DNA of 64,000 bases from Paracoccaceae bacterium (GCA_014762635.1 JABURR010000079.1:18168-82167), one strand, 5' to 3'; counted from the first letter of the stretch, positions 50,802-61,619 are shown. Notes: a model not told the origin generated them from the letters alone. Numbers and translations are program-made.

Positions 50802-51455
50802 ATGCCCGAGGTTATTTTCGCCGGCCCGGAGGGTCGACTGGAAGGCCGTTACCATCCGCAGAAGGAAAAAGACGCGCCCATTGCGATCGTGCTGCACCCG
50901 CATCCCCAATTCGGGGGCACGATGAACAACCGGGTGGTCTATAATCTGCACTATGCCTTCTACAAAATGGGCTTCACGGTTCTCCGCTTCAATTTTCGCG
51001 GCGTCGGCCGCAGCCAGGGTGAGTACGATCAGGGGATCGGCGAGCTGAGCGATGCCGCCTCGGCACTCGACTACCTGCAGTCGATGAACCAGAACTCCAA
51101 GCATTGCTGGGTCGCGGGCTTCTCTTTCGGGGCCTGGATCGGCATGCAGCTTCTGATGCGCCGCCCCGAGATCACCGGGTTCATCTCGGTCTCGCCCCCG
51201 GCGAACATGTACGATTTCTCCTTCCTGGCGCCCTGCCCCTCTTCGGGGCTGATCATCAACGGCTCTGCCGACCGGGTCGCGCCGCCGAAGGATACCGATG
51301 CGCTTGTTGCCAAGCTTAAAGAGCAGAAGGGCATCACCATCACCCACGAAGAAGTTGAAGGGGCTGGTCACTTCTTCGAGGATCCGCACATGGATACCCT
51401 TATCGGCACGGTCGATTCCTACGTCCGCCGCCGGTTGGGAGAAAACACGCGCTGA
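50802..51455 (+). CDS. alpha/beta hydrolase
   Basis: 217 aa. The nucleophile elbow is GFSFGA. The YqiA/DUF-type short hydrolase architecture is a call from recall. Confidence 0.75.
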   Translation: MPEVIFAGPEGRLEGRYHPQKEKDAPIAIVLHPHPQFGGTMNNRVVYNLHYAFYKMGFTVLRFNFRGVGRSQGEYDQGIGELSDAASALDYLQSMNQNSKHCWVAGFSFGAWIGMQLLMRRPEITGFISVSPPANMYDFSFLAPCPSSGLIINGSADRVAPPKDTDALVAKLKEQKGITITHEEVEGAGHFFEDPHMDTLIGTVDSYVRRRLGENTR

Positions 51456-51481
51456 CGCGCCACAGACGAGGCCCCTGACCG

Positions 51482-52066
51482 ATGGACTATCTTACACAGA
51501 TCGCCGACAAGCTTGCCATGGACACCCTAAACGCCGCCGACGCTGCCGGAGACGAAACCATCGTCGACGAAGTGAACAAGTCCGTCTACTCGGCCTCGCC
51601 CACGGTGCAGGAAGCCTTCATGACGGCGGTTCGCTTCCGCCGGGCAGAACGCCGCGCGCGCATTACCCTCGGGCAACAACTGGTAAAAGCGGGCCTCTCG
51701 CCCGAGAAATACGGCTGCTCGTCCGATGCCGTCGCCGCCGCCGAGAAAGCACCACCAAAACAAACCGCCAAAGCCGCGCCGGAACCTGCAGCAGAGGCCC
51801 CGGTCGAAAAGCCCGCGGATAAACCATCAGAAGAACCCGCTCAGGCGCAGACCGCTGCACCCAAACCGGCCCCGACCGCGCCGAAGCCGCAGCCCATGGG
51901 CCAGGCGCCGAAACCCTCTCCGGCGGCGCAGCCTCAACCGAAGTCCGCCCCGGCTGCGCAAGCGGCGCCCAAACCCGCTGCCGAGCCGGAAGAGCCGGCC
52001 AGGATCATGCCCCGGACAGCGCCGCGCTCTCCGTTCCGCAAGGTCGGGCTTGAGGGTGACGAATAA
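51482..52066 (+). CDS. hypothetical protein with Ala/Pro/Lys-rich low-complexity C-terminal half
   Basis: 194 aa with a structured N-terminal 90 residues followed by PKPAP-type repeats. No family recognised. Confidence 0.55.
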   Translation: MDYLTQIADKLAMDTLNAADAAGDETIVDEVNKSVYSASPTVQEAFMTAVRFRRAERRARITLGQQLVKAGLSPEKYGCSSDAVAAAEKAPPKQTAKAAPEPAAEAPVEKPADKPSEEPAQAQTAAPKPAPTAPKPQPMGQAPKPSPAAQPQPKSAPAAQAAPKPAAEPEEPARIMPRTAPRSPFRKVGLEGDE

Positions 52067-52156
52067 GACATCCTGTTGCGGCGGCTGATCATTCACGCCG
52101 CCGCGCAGACGCACCGTCTGCAAAAATTCGGCCGAAAGCCCTGAACGGTTCTCCCG

Positions 52157-52363
52157 CTATCGCCCGCGATTATGGGTTCGCGCGTGGATCCGCGCGACGA
52201 TCCCGCTTGCGGTCTTCTCGAACAGCGCCGGAACCAGGGCGTGGAGCAATGCCGCCCCGGCGGCCACGAATAGTTGCAGCGAGATGCCAAAGGCAAATCG
52301 GGCATGCTCGGCATAGCTTTCATCGACCGAGGCGGGATGGGACAGGAACAGGCGGGTGATCAT
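52157..52363 (-). CDS. small hypothetical membrane protein
   Basis: 68 aa from the ATG at 52363 (MITRLFLSHPASVDESY) with one or two hydrophobic helices. Weak support. Confidence 0.4.
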   Translation of the reverse strand: MITRLFLSHPASVDESYAEHARFAFGISLQLFVAAGAALLHALVPALFEKTASGIVARIHARTHNRGR

Positions 52364-52470
52364 GGCGGGGTCCTCCAATTTGGGTGTTTCGGGCGCAGGT
52401 TAGCCGCCACCCCGTGAGAACACGTCCCAAAGTCTCGATCTTTTCCGTAGATGTTGGGATATTATCTCAC

Positions 52471-52476
52471 TATAAT
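52471..52476 (+). promoter_or_regulatory. -10 box TATAAT placed for a leaderless lrp transcript
   Basis: A perfect TATAAT lies 7 nt upstream of the A of the lrp ATG at 52484. No Shine-Dalgarno-like purine run lies in between. Confidence 0.3.
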
Positions 52477-52483
52477 CCAATTC

Positions 52484-52942
52484 ATGGAGATACTTGACAA
52501 TCTTGACCGCAAGATCCTCGCCGAACTGCAACGCGACGCCGAGGTCAGTCTGGATGCCCTGGGCGAAAAGGTCGGGCTCTCGCGCAATGCCTGCTGGCGC
52601 CGGGTCAAGTCGCTGGAAAGTTCAGGCGTCATTCGCCGCCGCGTCGCCCTGCTGGATCCTGACAGCCTTGGGCTGGGGCTCGCGGTCTTCATCCAGGTTC
52701 GCACGTCGCGCCATGACGCCGAATGGCTCGAGGCTTTCGCCCGCGCCACCCGCGCGATGCCAGAAATCCTGGGCGTCTATCGCATGTCCGGCGACCTGGA
52801 TTACCTGATCCGCGCCCGCGTGGCGGATGTGGCCGATTACGACCGGCTCTATCAACGCCTGATCGCACGCGTATCGCTGACGGATGTTTCAGCCAGCTTC
52901 GTGATGGAAGAGATCAAGGATACGAACGAACTGCCGGTCTGA
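52484..52942 (+). CDS. lrp: Lrp/AsnC family transcriptional regulator
   Basis: Starts MEILDNLDRKILAELQRDAEVS, a typical AsnC HTH N-terminus, followed by a RAM domain. The ORF track start at 52451 adds 11 atypical residues. Confidence 0.85.
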   Translation: MEILDNLDRKILAELQRDAEVSLDALGEKVGLSRNACWRRVKSLESSGVIRRRVALLDPDSLGLGLAVFIQVRTSRHDAEWLEAFARATRAMPEILGVYRMSGDLDYLIRARVADVADYDRLYQRLIARVSLTDVSASFVMEEIKDTNELPV

Positions 52943-52944
52943 TC

Positions 52945-54042
52945 CTACCTCGGGCGGCTGAGAATCCCGCCGCCGATGGGCGTCGCGACCCCGGTCGTGG
53001 CCGGGCAGGAGGTGGGTAGCCCGCGAGCCACGCGCACGGCGAGGAAGGCGAAGGCCTGGGCCTCCAGCATGTCACCGTCGAGCCCTGCGTCCTCCACCGG
53101 AACCACGGGGCAGTTCACACGGCTTGCGATCATGCCCATCAGCGTCCGGTTCTTCCGCCCGCCACCCGTGACGAGGATCCGTTCGGGCATCGTCGGAACA
53201 TGCGAGAACCCGCGCGATACCGAAACGGCTGCGGAGGCGGTCAGCGTTGCCGCGGCATCCGCGTCCGACAGGTCCTCGATCAACGCGGGCAATTGGTTGA
53301 ACTGGTCGCGGTCCAGCGACTTTGGCGGCTGCCTCTCGAAGAAATCGTCCTGCAGAAAGGCTTCGATCACCGGTTCGGCCACCTTCCCTTCCGCGGCCAG
53401 GGCGCCATCGATATCCGCCTCCGCCCCGCGGCGATGGCGCAGAAGGTCGTTGATCGGCGCATTGGCCGGGCCCGTGTCGAAGGCAAGGCACGCGCCGGAT
53501 TGCTCGGGCCGCTCCTTGGCCGGGTTCACCCAGGTCAGGTTCCCCACCCCACCGAGATTGAGAAACGCCAGCGGCCTTTCAGCCCCGATCCACTTGGCGC
53601 AGGCGAAATGGAAGAACGGCGCCAGCGGCGCGCCCTCGCCCCCCATGTTCATGTCGGTGCTGCGGAAATCCCAGACCACCGGCAGCTTCAGCATATGCGC
53701 CAGCCGGTCCCCGCGGCCCGTCTGGTGGGTGCGTCCGCCCGCCGGATCATGGGCAAGAGTCTGGCCGTGAAAGCCCACCAGGTCGACCCCGCGAAACCGG
53801 CGCAGCAGATCGAGATGGGCCTCTTCCACCACCTCGGCTGCATCCTCGACTCCAGGATCCCCGGGCCATCTGCCCAACGCCGCCCAGATCGTGGTTCGTT
53901 CCTCGGTGCTGTAGGGGCGGTATCCGGTCTTGCCGAACTCCTCGATGCGCTCGCCATCGGTGCGCAGCATCGCCGCGTCCACCCCGTCCAGCGAGGTGCC
54001 CGACATCGCGCCCAGCGCCCAGATCGGCCCGCTTCGCGTCAT
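52945..54042 (-). CDS. anmK: anhydro-N-acetylmuramic acid kinase
   Basis: 365 aa. Contains [14 protein letters not shown] and NLGGVGN motifs. Confidence 0.9.
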   Translation of the reverse strand: MTRSGPIWALGAMSGTSLDGVDAAMLRTDGERIEEFGKTGYRPYSTEERTTIWAALGRWPGDPGVEDAAEVVEEAHLDLLRRFRGVDLVGFHGQTLAHDPAGGRTHQTGRGDRLAHMLKLPVVWDFRSTDMNMGGEGAPLAPFFHFACAKWIGAERPLAFLNLGGVGNLTWVNPAKERPEQSGACLAFDTGPANAPINDLLRHRRGAEADIDGALAAEGKVAEPVIEAFLQDDFFERQPPKSLDRDQFNQLPALIEDLSDADAAATLTASAAVSVSRGFSHVPTMPERILVTGGGRKNRTLMGMIASRVNCPVVPVEDAGLDGDMLEAQAFAFLAVRVARGLPTSCPATTGVATPIGGGILSRPR

Positions 54043-54110
54043 CCCCTTCCCCTTGCAACCTCGCGCCGATATAGAGTGGCGCCTGACTACGGAGAATGGA
54101 CAAAGAACCG

Positions 54111-55364
54111 ATGACCTACCACCCCAAATCCGACTTCATGCGCGTGATGATCGAACGCGGCTTCCTGGCCGATTGCACCGATTATCAGGGGCTTGACGAG
54201 GCGCTCGCGGCCGGGGTGGTGCCGGGCTATATCGGCTTCGACGCCACGGCGAAGTCGCTGCATGTGGGCAGCCTGATCCAGATCATGATGCTGCGCTGGC
54301 TGCAAAAGACCGGTCACAAGCCGATCGTGCTGATGGGCGGCGGAACGACCAAGGTCGGCGACCCCTCGTTCCGCGCCGATGAACGCCCGCTGCTGACGCC
54401 CGATCAGATCGACGACAACATCGCAGGCATCAAGGCCGTCTTCCGCAACTACGTCAGCTTCGGCGACGGCACCACCGACGCGCTGATGCTGAACAACGCG
54501 GAATGGCTCGACAGCCTGAACTACCTCGATTTCCTGCGCGACATCGGGCGGCATTTCTCGGTGAACCGGATGCTTTCCTTTGAATCCGTGAAGTCGCGGC
54601 TGGATCGCGAGCAGTCGCTGAGCTTTCTCGAGTTCAACTACATGATCCTGCAAGCCTATGACTTCCTCGAGTTGAACCGCCGCTACGGCTGTCGGCTGCA
54701 GATGGGCGGCTCGGACCAGTGGGGCAACATCGTCAACGGTATCGACCTGACGCGCCGGATCCTCGATCACGAGGTCTATGGCCTGACCTCGCCGCTGCTG
54801 ACCACCTCGGACGGCAAGAAGATGGGCAAGTCGGCCTCGGGCGCGGTTTGGCTGAACCCCGAGATGCTGAGCTCCTACGAGTTCTGGCAGTTCTGGCGGA
54901 ATACCTCGGATGCCGACGTGGGCCGGTTCCTGAAACTCTACACCGAGCTTCCGGTCGAGGAATGTGAGCGGCTTGGCGCGCTGGAAGGCTCCGAGATCAA
55001 CGAGGCGAAGATCGTGTTGGCCAACGCGGTCACCACCCTTGCCCACGGGTCCGAGGCGGCGGCCGCCGCCGAGCAAACCGCGCGCGAGGTGTTCGAGAAG
55101 GGTGGCGTGGGCGATGACCTTCCGACGCTGGACCTTTCGGCGGACGATCTTGCCGACGGGATATCGCTGGCCCAGCTTTTCGTGCGTTCTGGCCTTGCCA
55201 AATCCGGCAAGGACGCGAAGCGGCTGATCACCGAAGGCGGCGCCAAGGTGAATGACGCGCAGGTCACCGACCCGGGCCAGATGTTCGGCGCCGATGCCTT
55301 CGCCGAGCCGATGAAACTGACCGCCGGCAAGAAGCGCCATGCGCTGGTGACTTTGGCTGGATAA
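54111..55364 (+). CDS. tyrS: tyrosine--tRNA ligase
   Basis: Contains the HIGH-like [19 protein letters not shown], and a C-terminal S4-like domain. Start is ATG at 54111 or 54096. Confidence 0.9.
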   Translation: MTYHPKSDFMRVMIERGFLADCTDYQGLDEALAAGVVPGYIGFDATAKSLHVGSLIQIMMLRWLQKTGHKPIVLMGGGTTKVGDPSFRADERPLLTPDQIDDNIAGIKAVFRNYVSFGDGTTDALMLNNAEWLDSLNYLDFLRDIGRHFSVNRMLSFESVKSRLDREQSLSFLEFNYMILQAYDFLELNRRYGCRLQMGGSDQWGNIVNGIDLTRRILDHEVYGLTSPLLTTSDGKKMGKSASGAVWLNPEMLSSYEFWQFWRNTSDADVGRFLKLYTELPVEECERLGALEGSEINEAKIVLANAVTTLAHGSEAAAAAEQTAREVFEKGGVGDDLPTLDLSADDLADGISLAQLFVRSGLAKSGKDAKRLITEGGAKVNDAQVTDPGQMFGADAFAEPMKLTAGKKRHALVTLAG

Positions 55365-55379
55365 CCCCCGGTCCCGCCC

Positions 55380-55931
55380 TCAGCGGAAGGCGGGGCCGTG
55401 CGCCCAGATGGTCAGGGAATGGCGGGTGCCGCGGGTAACCGGCGTCACCCGGTGCAGCACGAAACTGGGAAACAGCGTCGCCTGACCGCGGTTGCGGTTC
55501 GCCGTAATGGTCCCGGTGCCCGGCATCAGTTCCAGAACCCCACCGTCGTAGCTGTCGGGATCCGAGAGCTGCACCACCATCGTCAGCTTGCGCTTGCGCG
55601 CCACCAGCCCGTCACCGATATCCGAATGCCAGTCGAAATGGCCCTCGCGTTCAGCGCCATAGCGGGCGACCTGCGGGCTTTCGGCGAATTCGCGCAGATC
55701 GTAGTCGAAACTTTCGCGATTGGCCTCGGCCACCAGCCGAATGATCCGGTCCGTCACCCATTCCGCGCCCTCGCGCTCATCAAGCCAGGCGATTTCGGCA
55801 CGGCGGATGTTGTGATTGGCGACCTGCCCGACGAGCCCGGCATCCTCCAACTCGCGTATGGTGGCAAGACGGATGATCTCGTCGCATTCGGCTTTGGAGA
55901 AGGCGGTGGGGATCGTGTGGCTGCTCAGCAT
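55380..55931 (-). CDS. 2OG-Fe(II) oxygenase family protein
   Basis: 183 aa. HxD (WHSDIGD) and distal H ... R (HRVTPVTRGTRHSL) motifs are present. Confidence 0.7.
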   Translation of the reverse strand: MLSSHTIPTAFSKAECDEIIRLATIRELEDAGLVGQVANHNIRRAEIAWLDEREGAEWVTDRIIRLVAEANRESFDYDLREFAESPQVARYGAEREGHFDWHSDIGDGLVARKRKLTMVVQLSDPDSYDGGVLELMPGTGTITANRNRGQATLFPSFVLHRVTPVTRGTRHSLTIWAHGPAFR

Positions 55932-55992
55932 GACTCCCCGCGGTGCGATTGAACCTGCGTGGAGCGATACCCTATGTGCAGAACGCTGCTAT

Positions 55993-56022
55993 GCCGGAAG
56001 CGACCCAAAGGTCGCTTCCGGC
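55993..56022. other. perfect 13-bp stem-loop
   Basis: GCCGGAAGCGACC-CAAA-GGTCGCTTCCGGC lies between the PCuAC stop and the oxygenase start. There is no U-tract on either strand. Confidence 0.5.
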
Positions 56023-56032
56023 CATCGCCATC

Positions 56033-56551
56033 TCAGTTCGAGTGGTCTTTCATATGGGCTTCGCCATGGTCCCCGTGGTCCGCGCCGTGATTGTGCGCCA
56101 TCCCGTGGCCCATGGCGGCCTCGCCCACGGGCACTTCGATGGTGATTTCGCCTGCCCGCTCGAAGATGAGCGTCAGGGTCACCATCTCGCCCTCGGCGGG
56201 CTTCTCTCCGATGCCCATGAACATCACATGGTCAGCGCCACGCGCCAGTTCGTGGCTTTCCCCGGCCGGCAGCGGGATGCCACCTTCGATCGGGCGCATC
56301 TTCATGACCCCGTCGGCCCCGGCCTCATGCGTATGCAGTTCCACCTTGGCGGCCAGATCCGACTCCGCCCCGATCAGGCGATCATCCGTCGTTCCGCCAT
56401 TGGTGAGCGTCATGAAGGCCGCCCCGGTCGGGCTTGGCCCCGGGGCCGCACGGAAAAAAGCGTCGGTCACGGAAATCGTCTCTTCGGACAGTCCGGCAAA
56501 CGGTGTCAGCGCTACGGCCAAAACCGCGGCAATATTCAGTCTGAAAGACAT
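56033..56551 (-). CDS. copper chaperone PCu(A)C (DUF461) with His-rich tail
   Basis: ATG at 56551 is preceded by GAGGAG. It has a signal peptide, the H(M)x10Mx21HxM-like core (ELHTHEAGADGVMKMRP) and a C-terminal MGHGMAHNHGADHGDHGEAHMKDH tail. Confidence 0.8.
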   Translation of the reverse strand: MSFRLNIAAVLAVALTPFAGLSEETISVTDAFFRAAPGPSPTGAAFMTLTNGGTTDDRLIGAESDLAAKVELHTHEAGADGVMKMRPIEGGIPLPAGESHELARGADHVMFMGIGEKPAEGEMVTLTLIFERAGEITIEVPVGEAAMGHGMAHNHGADHGDHGEAHMKDHSN

Positions 56552-56595
56552 CTGTCTCTCCTCGTGTGTCAGGTATTTTGAGTGGTGCGGGCAGG

Positions 56596-56937
56596 TCAGG
56601 CCTGCGGCGGACCACGCGCGACCGCGATCGGGGCTGATCGCCCGGTGCGGCCATCCTGACGGAGGGTGACGTGAAGCGTGGATGAAAGGTATTCGGGCTG
56701 CCCCGCCCCCGCCGGGGCGGGCGCCACGGCCAATGCTCCAATCACGCAATCCGGACAATGGGGCGCAGGCTCCACGGGCTGCCCGTGGCTGTCGAGAAGC
56801 ATCCGGACCGGCTCGCCGCCCGCGCAGATCACCACCGACTGGGTCGACGCCATCGCGCCGCGCGCGCCTCCCATCCCGACCGTGGTCAGGGCCAGCGAGA
56901 CCGCCAGCAGAACAGAGAGGATGGAACGCAGCTTCAT
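56596..56937 (-). CDS. small secreted CxxC protein, DUF2946-like
   Basis: 113 aa from the ATG at 56937 with a signal peptide and an HCPDC motif. It lies upstream of PCuAC. The family call is tentative. Confidence 0.5.
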   Translation of the reverse strand: MKLRSILSVLLAVSLALTTVGMGGARGAMASTQSVVICAGGEPVRMLLDSHGQPVEPAPHCPDCVIGALAVAPAPAGAGQPEYLSSTLHVTLRQDGRTGRSAPIAVARGPPQA

Positions 56938-56978
56938 GAGGGCGACGTAGCCGCCCGAAACGGCATAGGCAAGGCGGC

Positions 56979-56999
56979 AAAAAGAAGCGGCCCCGCCGC
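56979..56999 (-). terminator. short GC hairpin plus T-run after rpmB
   Basis: The minus strand reads GCGGC-GGG-GCCGC followed by TTCTTTTT, 40 nt downstream of the rpmB stop. Confidence 0.4.
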
Positions 57000-57037
57000 A
57001 AGGACGAGGCCGATCATCTTTCAGAACGCAGGCGCGA

Positions 57038-57325
57038 TCAGGCGGTTGCCTGGGCCTTCGCGATCTCTTTCTTGATCTTAAGCGCGTTGGGCGACAGATC
57101 TTCGTCCTTGGCCTTGGCCAGGAACGCGTCCAGCCCACCCCGGTGATCCACCGAACGCAGCGCGGCGGCCGAGATGCGCAGCTTCACCGGACGATCCAGC
57201 GTTTCCGACATCAGCGACACGTCGTTCAGGTTCGGCAAGAACCGGCGTCTGGTCTTGTTGTTGGCGTGGCTGACATTGTTGCCAGACATCGGCCCTTTTC
57301 CGGTCAGTTCGCAGCGGCGCGACAT
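57038..57325 (-). CDS. rpmB: 50S ribosomal protein L28
   Basis: 95 aa starting [33 protein letters not shown]. Confidence 0.95.
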   Translation of the reverse strand: MSRRCELTGKGPMSGNNVSHANNKTRRRFLPNLNDVSLMSETLDRPVKLRISAAALRSVDHRGGLDAFLAKAKDEDLSPNALKIKKEIAKAQATA

Positions 57326-57465
57326 GGGTCTTTCCTTGTCTCGGTTACGTCGTCCGGCCCAGGGCCGTCGGACGGTGTCGATAAAGCATACAGGCCCTGC
57401 TCTGGCAGCGCCCAGAATTCGTCCGCGGGGTTTACGGCGAGATTCCCGGGGCGTCAAGCGTGGAA

Positions 57466-58461
57466 TCAGCGCCTGCGCAGCATTGCAAGTACCTCTTCGG
57501 CCGCCTGGGCGGGGGAAATGTCCGTCTCGGCCACCGCTCGGCCCAGCCTCTCCATCGCGGCGGCGGCCTCGGGGTTGGCGGTCAGTTCCGCCAGCAGGCC
57601 CATGCGCACCTCTTCCTCGAACCAGTGCCGGGCCTGCTCGGCGCGGCGGCGGTCCCAGAAGCCGTTTTCTCGGCGCCATTCGGCAAGCGCCTGCATTTCC
57701 TCCCACGCGTCCTGCAACCCGGCTTCCTCCAGCGAGGAGACGCTCATCGCCTTGGGGAAGCCCTCCGGGTCCTGCGGGCGCTTGCGCAAAAGGCGCAGCG
57801 CCCCTGCATAATCGGCACAGGTGCGCACGGCGGCGGGCTTCAGATCGCCGTCGGCCTTGTTCACCAGGATCAGGTCCGCGATCTCCATGATCCCGCGCTT
57901 CACGCCTTGCAACTCGTCGCCACCGGCAGGCGCCAGCAGCAGTACGAAAAGGTCCGACATCTCGGCCACGACGGTTTCGGACTGCCCGACGCCCACGGTT
58001 TCGATCAGCACCACGTCATAGCCCGCGCCTTCGCACAGGCTCACCGCCTCGCGCGTGCGCCGCGCCACCCCGCCAAGATGCGATTGGCTGGGCGAGGGGC
58101 GGATAAAGGCGTTGGGGCTGCGCGACAACCGTTCCATCCGGGTCTTGTCACCAAGGATCGACCCGCCCGAGCGGGCCGAGGACGGGTCCACCGCAAGCAC
58201 CGCCACCTTCAGCCCCTGCACCGCCAGCATCATGCCGAAGGATTCGATGAAGGTGGACTTGCCCACCCCCGGCGTGCCCGACAACCCGATGCGAAGGGCC
58301 TGCCGACCAGACTTGGCGACCTGGGTCACCAGTTCCGCCGCTTCGGCCCGGTGATCGGCGCGGCCGCTTTCGATCAGCGTGATCGCGCGGGCCAATGCGC
58401 GGCGCTCTCCGGCGATGACGCGGGCGGCTAGGTCGGGGGGCGCTGTCGTCTGGGTCGTCAT
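57466..58461 (-). CDS. meaB: methylmalonyl-CoA mutase-associated GTPase MeaB/ArgK
   Basis: 331 aa from the ATG at 58461. Contains [10 protein letters not shown]-loop GTPGVGKST, and VNKADGD. Confidence 0.9.
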   Translation of the reverse strand: MTTQTTAPPDLAARVIAGERRALARAITLIESGRADHRAEAAELVTQVAKSGRQALRIGLSGTPGVGKSTFIESFGMMLAVQGLKVAVLAVDPSSARSGGSILGDKTRMERLSRSPNAFIRPSPSQSHLGGVARRTREAVSLCEGAGYDVVLIETVGVGQSETVVAEMSDLFVLLLAPAGGDELQGVKRGIMEIADLILVNKADGDLKPAAVRTCADYAGALRLLRKRPQDPEGFPKAMSVSSLEEAGLQDAWEEMQALAEWRRENGFWDRRRAEQARHWFEEEVRMGLLAELTANPEAAAAMERLGRAVAETDISPAQAAEEVLAMLRRR

Positions 58462-58539
58462 GGTGACGTCTTGCCTTGGCAGGGCTTGCCTGTCCAGAGC
58501 CTCTGGCCCCGCGCCCGTGGATCGCCCATAACGGCGGGC

Positions 58540-60984
58540 GTGAGAGAGACCCTGCCCATAGACGAGGCCCTGCCCGGCCTGATCTCCGCCCTGCGGGCCG
58601 AACGCCGGGCGGTGCTGGAGGCGCCGCCGGGCGCGGGCAAGACCACGCGCGTACCACTGGCGTTGCTGGAGGCAGGGCTGGTGACGGGCCGGATCCTCAT
58701 GCTGGAGCCGCGCCGCCTTGCGGCCCGCGCGGCGGCCGAGCGCATGGCCGAGACCCTGGGCGAACCGGTCGGGCAGACCGTCGGCTACCGCATCCGGGGC
58801 GAGGCGAAGACCTCCAAAGAGACCCGGATCGAAGTGGTGACCGAGGGCATCCTGACCCGGATGATCCAGTCCGACCCCGCACTGGAGGGGATCGGCGCCG
58901 TGATCTTCGACGAGTTCCACGAACGCTCCCTGACCGCGGACCTTGGGCTGGCCCTGACATGGGAGCTGCGCGGCGCGCTGCGCGACGACCTGATCGTTCT
59001 CGTCATGTCCGCGACGCTGGATGCCGCCCCGGTGGCGCGGATGCTGGACGGTGCCCCGGTGATCACCTCGGAAGGACGCAGCTATCCGGTGGAGACGCGC
59101 TGGCTCGACCGTCCCTTGCCCAAGGAGACCCGTTTTGAGTCTTCCGCGACCGATCTGGTGGCGAAAGCCGTCTCGGAGACCGAGGGCGGGGTCCTCGTGT
59201 TCCTGCCCGGCGAGGGTGAGATTCGCCGGGTCGAAGCCGCTCTGAAGGTCCGCCTGCCGCCCGGTTGCGTCCTGCGCCCGCTGTTCGGCGCGATGGAGTT
59301 CAAGGCCCAGCGCGCCGCCATCGCCCCAGCGCGCGACGGGCGCAAGGTGGTGCTGGCCACGTCAATCGCCGAAACCTCGCTCACCATCCAGGATATCCGC
59401 GTGGTGGTGGATGCAGGCCGGTCTCGCCGGGCGCGGTTCGATCCGGCCTCGGGCATGTCGCGGCTGGTGACCGAGCGCGTCACCCGGGCCGAGGCCGAGC
59501 AGCGCCGGGGCCGCGCGGGTCGCGTTGCCGAAGGCACCTGCTACCGGATGTGGACCAAAGGCGAGGAAGGGGCGCTGGCCGCCTACCCGCCCGCCGAGAT
59601 CGAGGCCGGAGACCTGACCGGGCTGGTGCTGGAACTGGCTCTTTGGGGCGCCACCGATCCATCGGGCCTGGCCTTCCTGACACCGCCCAACCCAGGTGCT
59701 TTTGCCGAGGCGCGAAACCTGCTGGCAGAGCTGGGCGCGCTGGATGCCGAGGGCCGGATCACCGATCACGGGCGCAAGCTGGCGGCGATGCCACTGCATC
59801 CGCGCCTCGCGCATATGCTGGCGCTGGCGGGGGCCGAGGCGGCACCGCTGGCCGCACTTCTGGCCGATCGCGACCCGCTACGCGGCGCGTCGGTCGACCT
59901 GTCGCTGCGGGTGGAGGCGATCCGTGATCCCGGCCGGTTCGCACGCGAACGCGGGATGGAGCCGCATCGTGGGACGGTGGAGCGCATCCGGACCGAGGCG
60001 AAGCGCCTTTCGCGCGGCCTTTCGGCTGGACAGGACTACAGCCTCGGCCAAATGGCCGCGCTGGCCTATCCCGACCGCGTGGGACTGCGCCGCAAGGGCG
60101 ATGACCCGCGTTGGGTGCTTTCGGGCGGCAAAGGCGCGAGGATGGAGCCCGGCGACCCGCTGGCCGGGGCGCGGCTGATCGTGGCGACCGACCTGGATGG
60201 AGACACGCGCGAGGCTCGGATTCGTCAGGCGACAGAGATTTCCGAAGCGGAGTTGCGGACGCTCTACGCGGCGCAAATCCGATGGGAAAATGTCTGCGAA
60301 TGGTCCCGCCGCGACCGTCGTGTGCTGGCGCGGCAGCAGGAACGGTTCGGGGCCTTGGTGCTCGCGGATCGGATCTGGCGCGATGCGCCGCCCGACGCGA
60401 TGGCCCGCGCCGCCCTGAATGGGGTGCGTGACCTTGGGCTGACCCTTTCCGCCGCAGCAATGCGGTTCCGGGCGCGGGTGGAGCTTTTGAGGGCCACGGG
60501 CGCGGATATGCCGGACATGAGCGACGCGGGGCTGTTGGATCGGGCCGAGGACTGGCTGTTGCCCTATCTTTCCGGGGTGCGAACGGAGGGCGATATTCGC
60601 AACCTTGACCTGACCGAAGCGCTGCGCGCCAGCCTCGACTGGGACCAGCAGCAGAGACTTGACCGCGAGGTGCCCGCCCATTTCACCACGCCGCTGGGCC
60701 GCAAGGTCCCGATTGACTACGGCGGCAAGGCGCCGGAGATCTCGGTCCGGTTGCAGGAGATGTTCGGCGTCACCCGGCATCCGACCGTGGCGGGACGACC
60801 GCTGCGGATCACGCTGCTCTCGCCCGCGCAGCGACCGGTGCAGACGACGATGGACCTGCCCGGTTTCTGGGACAGTTCCTACGCCGATGTCCGCAAGGAC
60901 ATGCGCGGACGCTACCCCAGGCACCCCTGGCCCGAGGACCCGCGCGAGGCGGATCCTACGCTCAGGGCGAAACCCCGGGGCTGA
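58540..60984 (+). CDS. hrpB: ATP-dependent helicase HrpB
   Basis: Contains [16 protein letters not shown] and a C-terminal HrpB domain. I prefer the GTG at 58540 ([12 protein letters not shown]) because the track start at 58471 lies only 10 nt from the divergent meaB start. Confidence 0.85.
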   Translation: MRETLPIDEALPGLISALRAERRAVLEAPPGAGKTTRVPLALLEAGLVTGRILMLEPRRLAARAAAERMAETLGEPVGQTVGYRIRGEAKTSKETRIEVVTEGILTRMIQSDPALEGIGAVIFDEFHERSLTADLGLALTWELRGALRDDLIVLVMSATLDAAPVARMLDGAPVITSEGRSYPVETRWLDRPLPKETRFESSATDLVAKAVSETEGGVLVFLPGEGEIRRVEAALKVRLPPGCVLRPLFGAMEFKAQRAAIAPARDGRKVVLATSIAETSLTIQDIRVVVDAGRSRRARFDPASGMSRLVTERVTRAEAEQRRGRAGRVAEGTCYRMWTKGEEGALAAYPPAEIEAGDLTGLVLELALWGATDPSGLAFLTPPNPGAFAEARNLLAELGALDAEGRITDHGRKLAAMPLHPRLAHMLALAGAEAAPLAALLADRDPLRGASVDLSLRVEAIRDPGRFARERGMEPHRGTVERIRTEAKRLSRGLSAGQDYSLGQMAALAYPDRVGLRRKGDDPRWVLSGGKGARMEPGDPLAGARLIVATDLDGDTREARIRQATEISEAELRTLYAAQIRWENVCEWSRRDRRVLARQQERFGALVLADRIWRDAPPDAMARAALNGVRDLGLTLSAAAMRFRARVELLRATGADMPDMSDAGLLDRAEDWLLPYLSGVRTEGDIRNLDLTEALRASLDWDQQQRLDREVPAHFTTPLGRKVPIDYGGKAPEISVRLQEMFGVTRHPTVAGRPLRITLLSPAQRPVQTTMDLPGFWDSSYADVRKDMRGRYPRHPWPEDPREADPTLRAKPRG

Positions 60985-60990
60985 GCCCGG

Positions 60991-61536
60991 TTACTTTTTC
61001 AGCTTGGACAGCTTGGCCTGAAGCTCGGCAAGCTCACGCTTGATCTCTTCCAGGTCCCCATCGTCGGACGGGTCTTCGGGCGCCGGCGTCGTGGCCTGTG
61101 CCGCGGCGCCGGTCACCGCCTTCATGAAGGCTTCCTGCTGGGCCTTCATCGCATCGAAGCCCGGCATGCTGGCCATCGGGTTCATCTTGCCCATGTTTTC
61201 CATCATCTTCGACTGCCCCTCCTGGAGCATCTCGAAGGACATGGCCAGGAACTGCGGCACGGCAGATTGCACACCCTGGGTGTAGGACCGGACGAGATCC
61301 GTCAGCACATTGACGGGCAACACGCTGTCGCCTCGGCTTTCATGTTCGGCCACGATCTGAAGCAGGTATTGGCGCGTCAGGTCATCACCCGACTTCAGGT
61401 CGATGATCTGCACATCGCGCCCGTCGCGGATGAAACCGGCGATATCCTCAAGCGTCACGTAATCCGACGTTTCGGTGTTATAGAGTCGGCGGCTCGCGTA
61501 GCGTTTGATCAGCAGTGGTTTGTCTTTGTCGGCCAC
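60991..61536 (-). CDS. phaR: polyhydroxyalkanoate synthesis repressor PhaR
   Basis: GTG at 61536 is preceded by GGAGGG. It starts (M)ADKDKPLLIKRYASRRLYNTETS, a typical PhaR N-terminus. Confidence 0.9.
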   Translation of the reverse strand: MADKDKPLLIKRYASRRLYNTETSDYVTLEDIAGFIRDGRDVQIIDLKSGDDLTRQYLLQIVAEHESRGDSVLPVNVLTDLVRSYTQGVQSAVPQFLAMSFEMLQEGQSKMMENMGKMNPMASMPGFDAMKAQQEAFMKAVTGAAAQATTPAPEDPSDDGDLEEIKRELAELQAKLSKLKK

Positions 61537-61586
61537 CCGGTTACCCTCCAACTTTTGGCGCTGCAGCGAAGATTATGTCAGTGCAG

Positions 61587-61619
61587 AAAAAAAAGAAAGG
61601 GCGGGCACGAGGCCCGCCC
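61587..61619 (-). terminator. Rho-independent terminator after phaP
   Basis: The minus strand reads GGGCGGGC-CTCGT-GCCCGCCC followed by TTTCTTTTTTTT. Confidence 0.65.

Noticed and set aside
51750-52010. Repetitive PKPAP/AAPKP-encoding DNA, and the GGYSQG repeats in ssb (17440-17520), considered as possible DNA-level repeat arrays.
   Set aside because: These are in-frame low-complexity coding repeats within clear ORFs. They are degenerate at the nucleotide level, with no spacer/repeat architecture.
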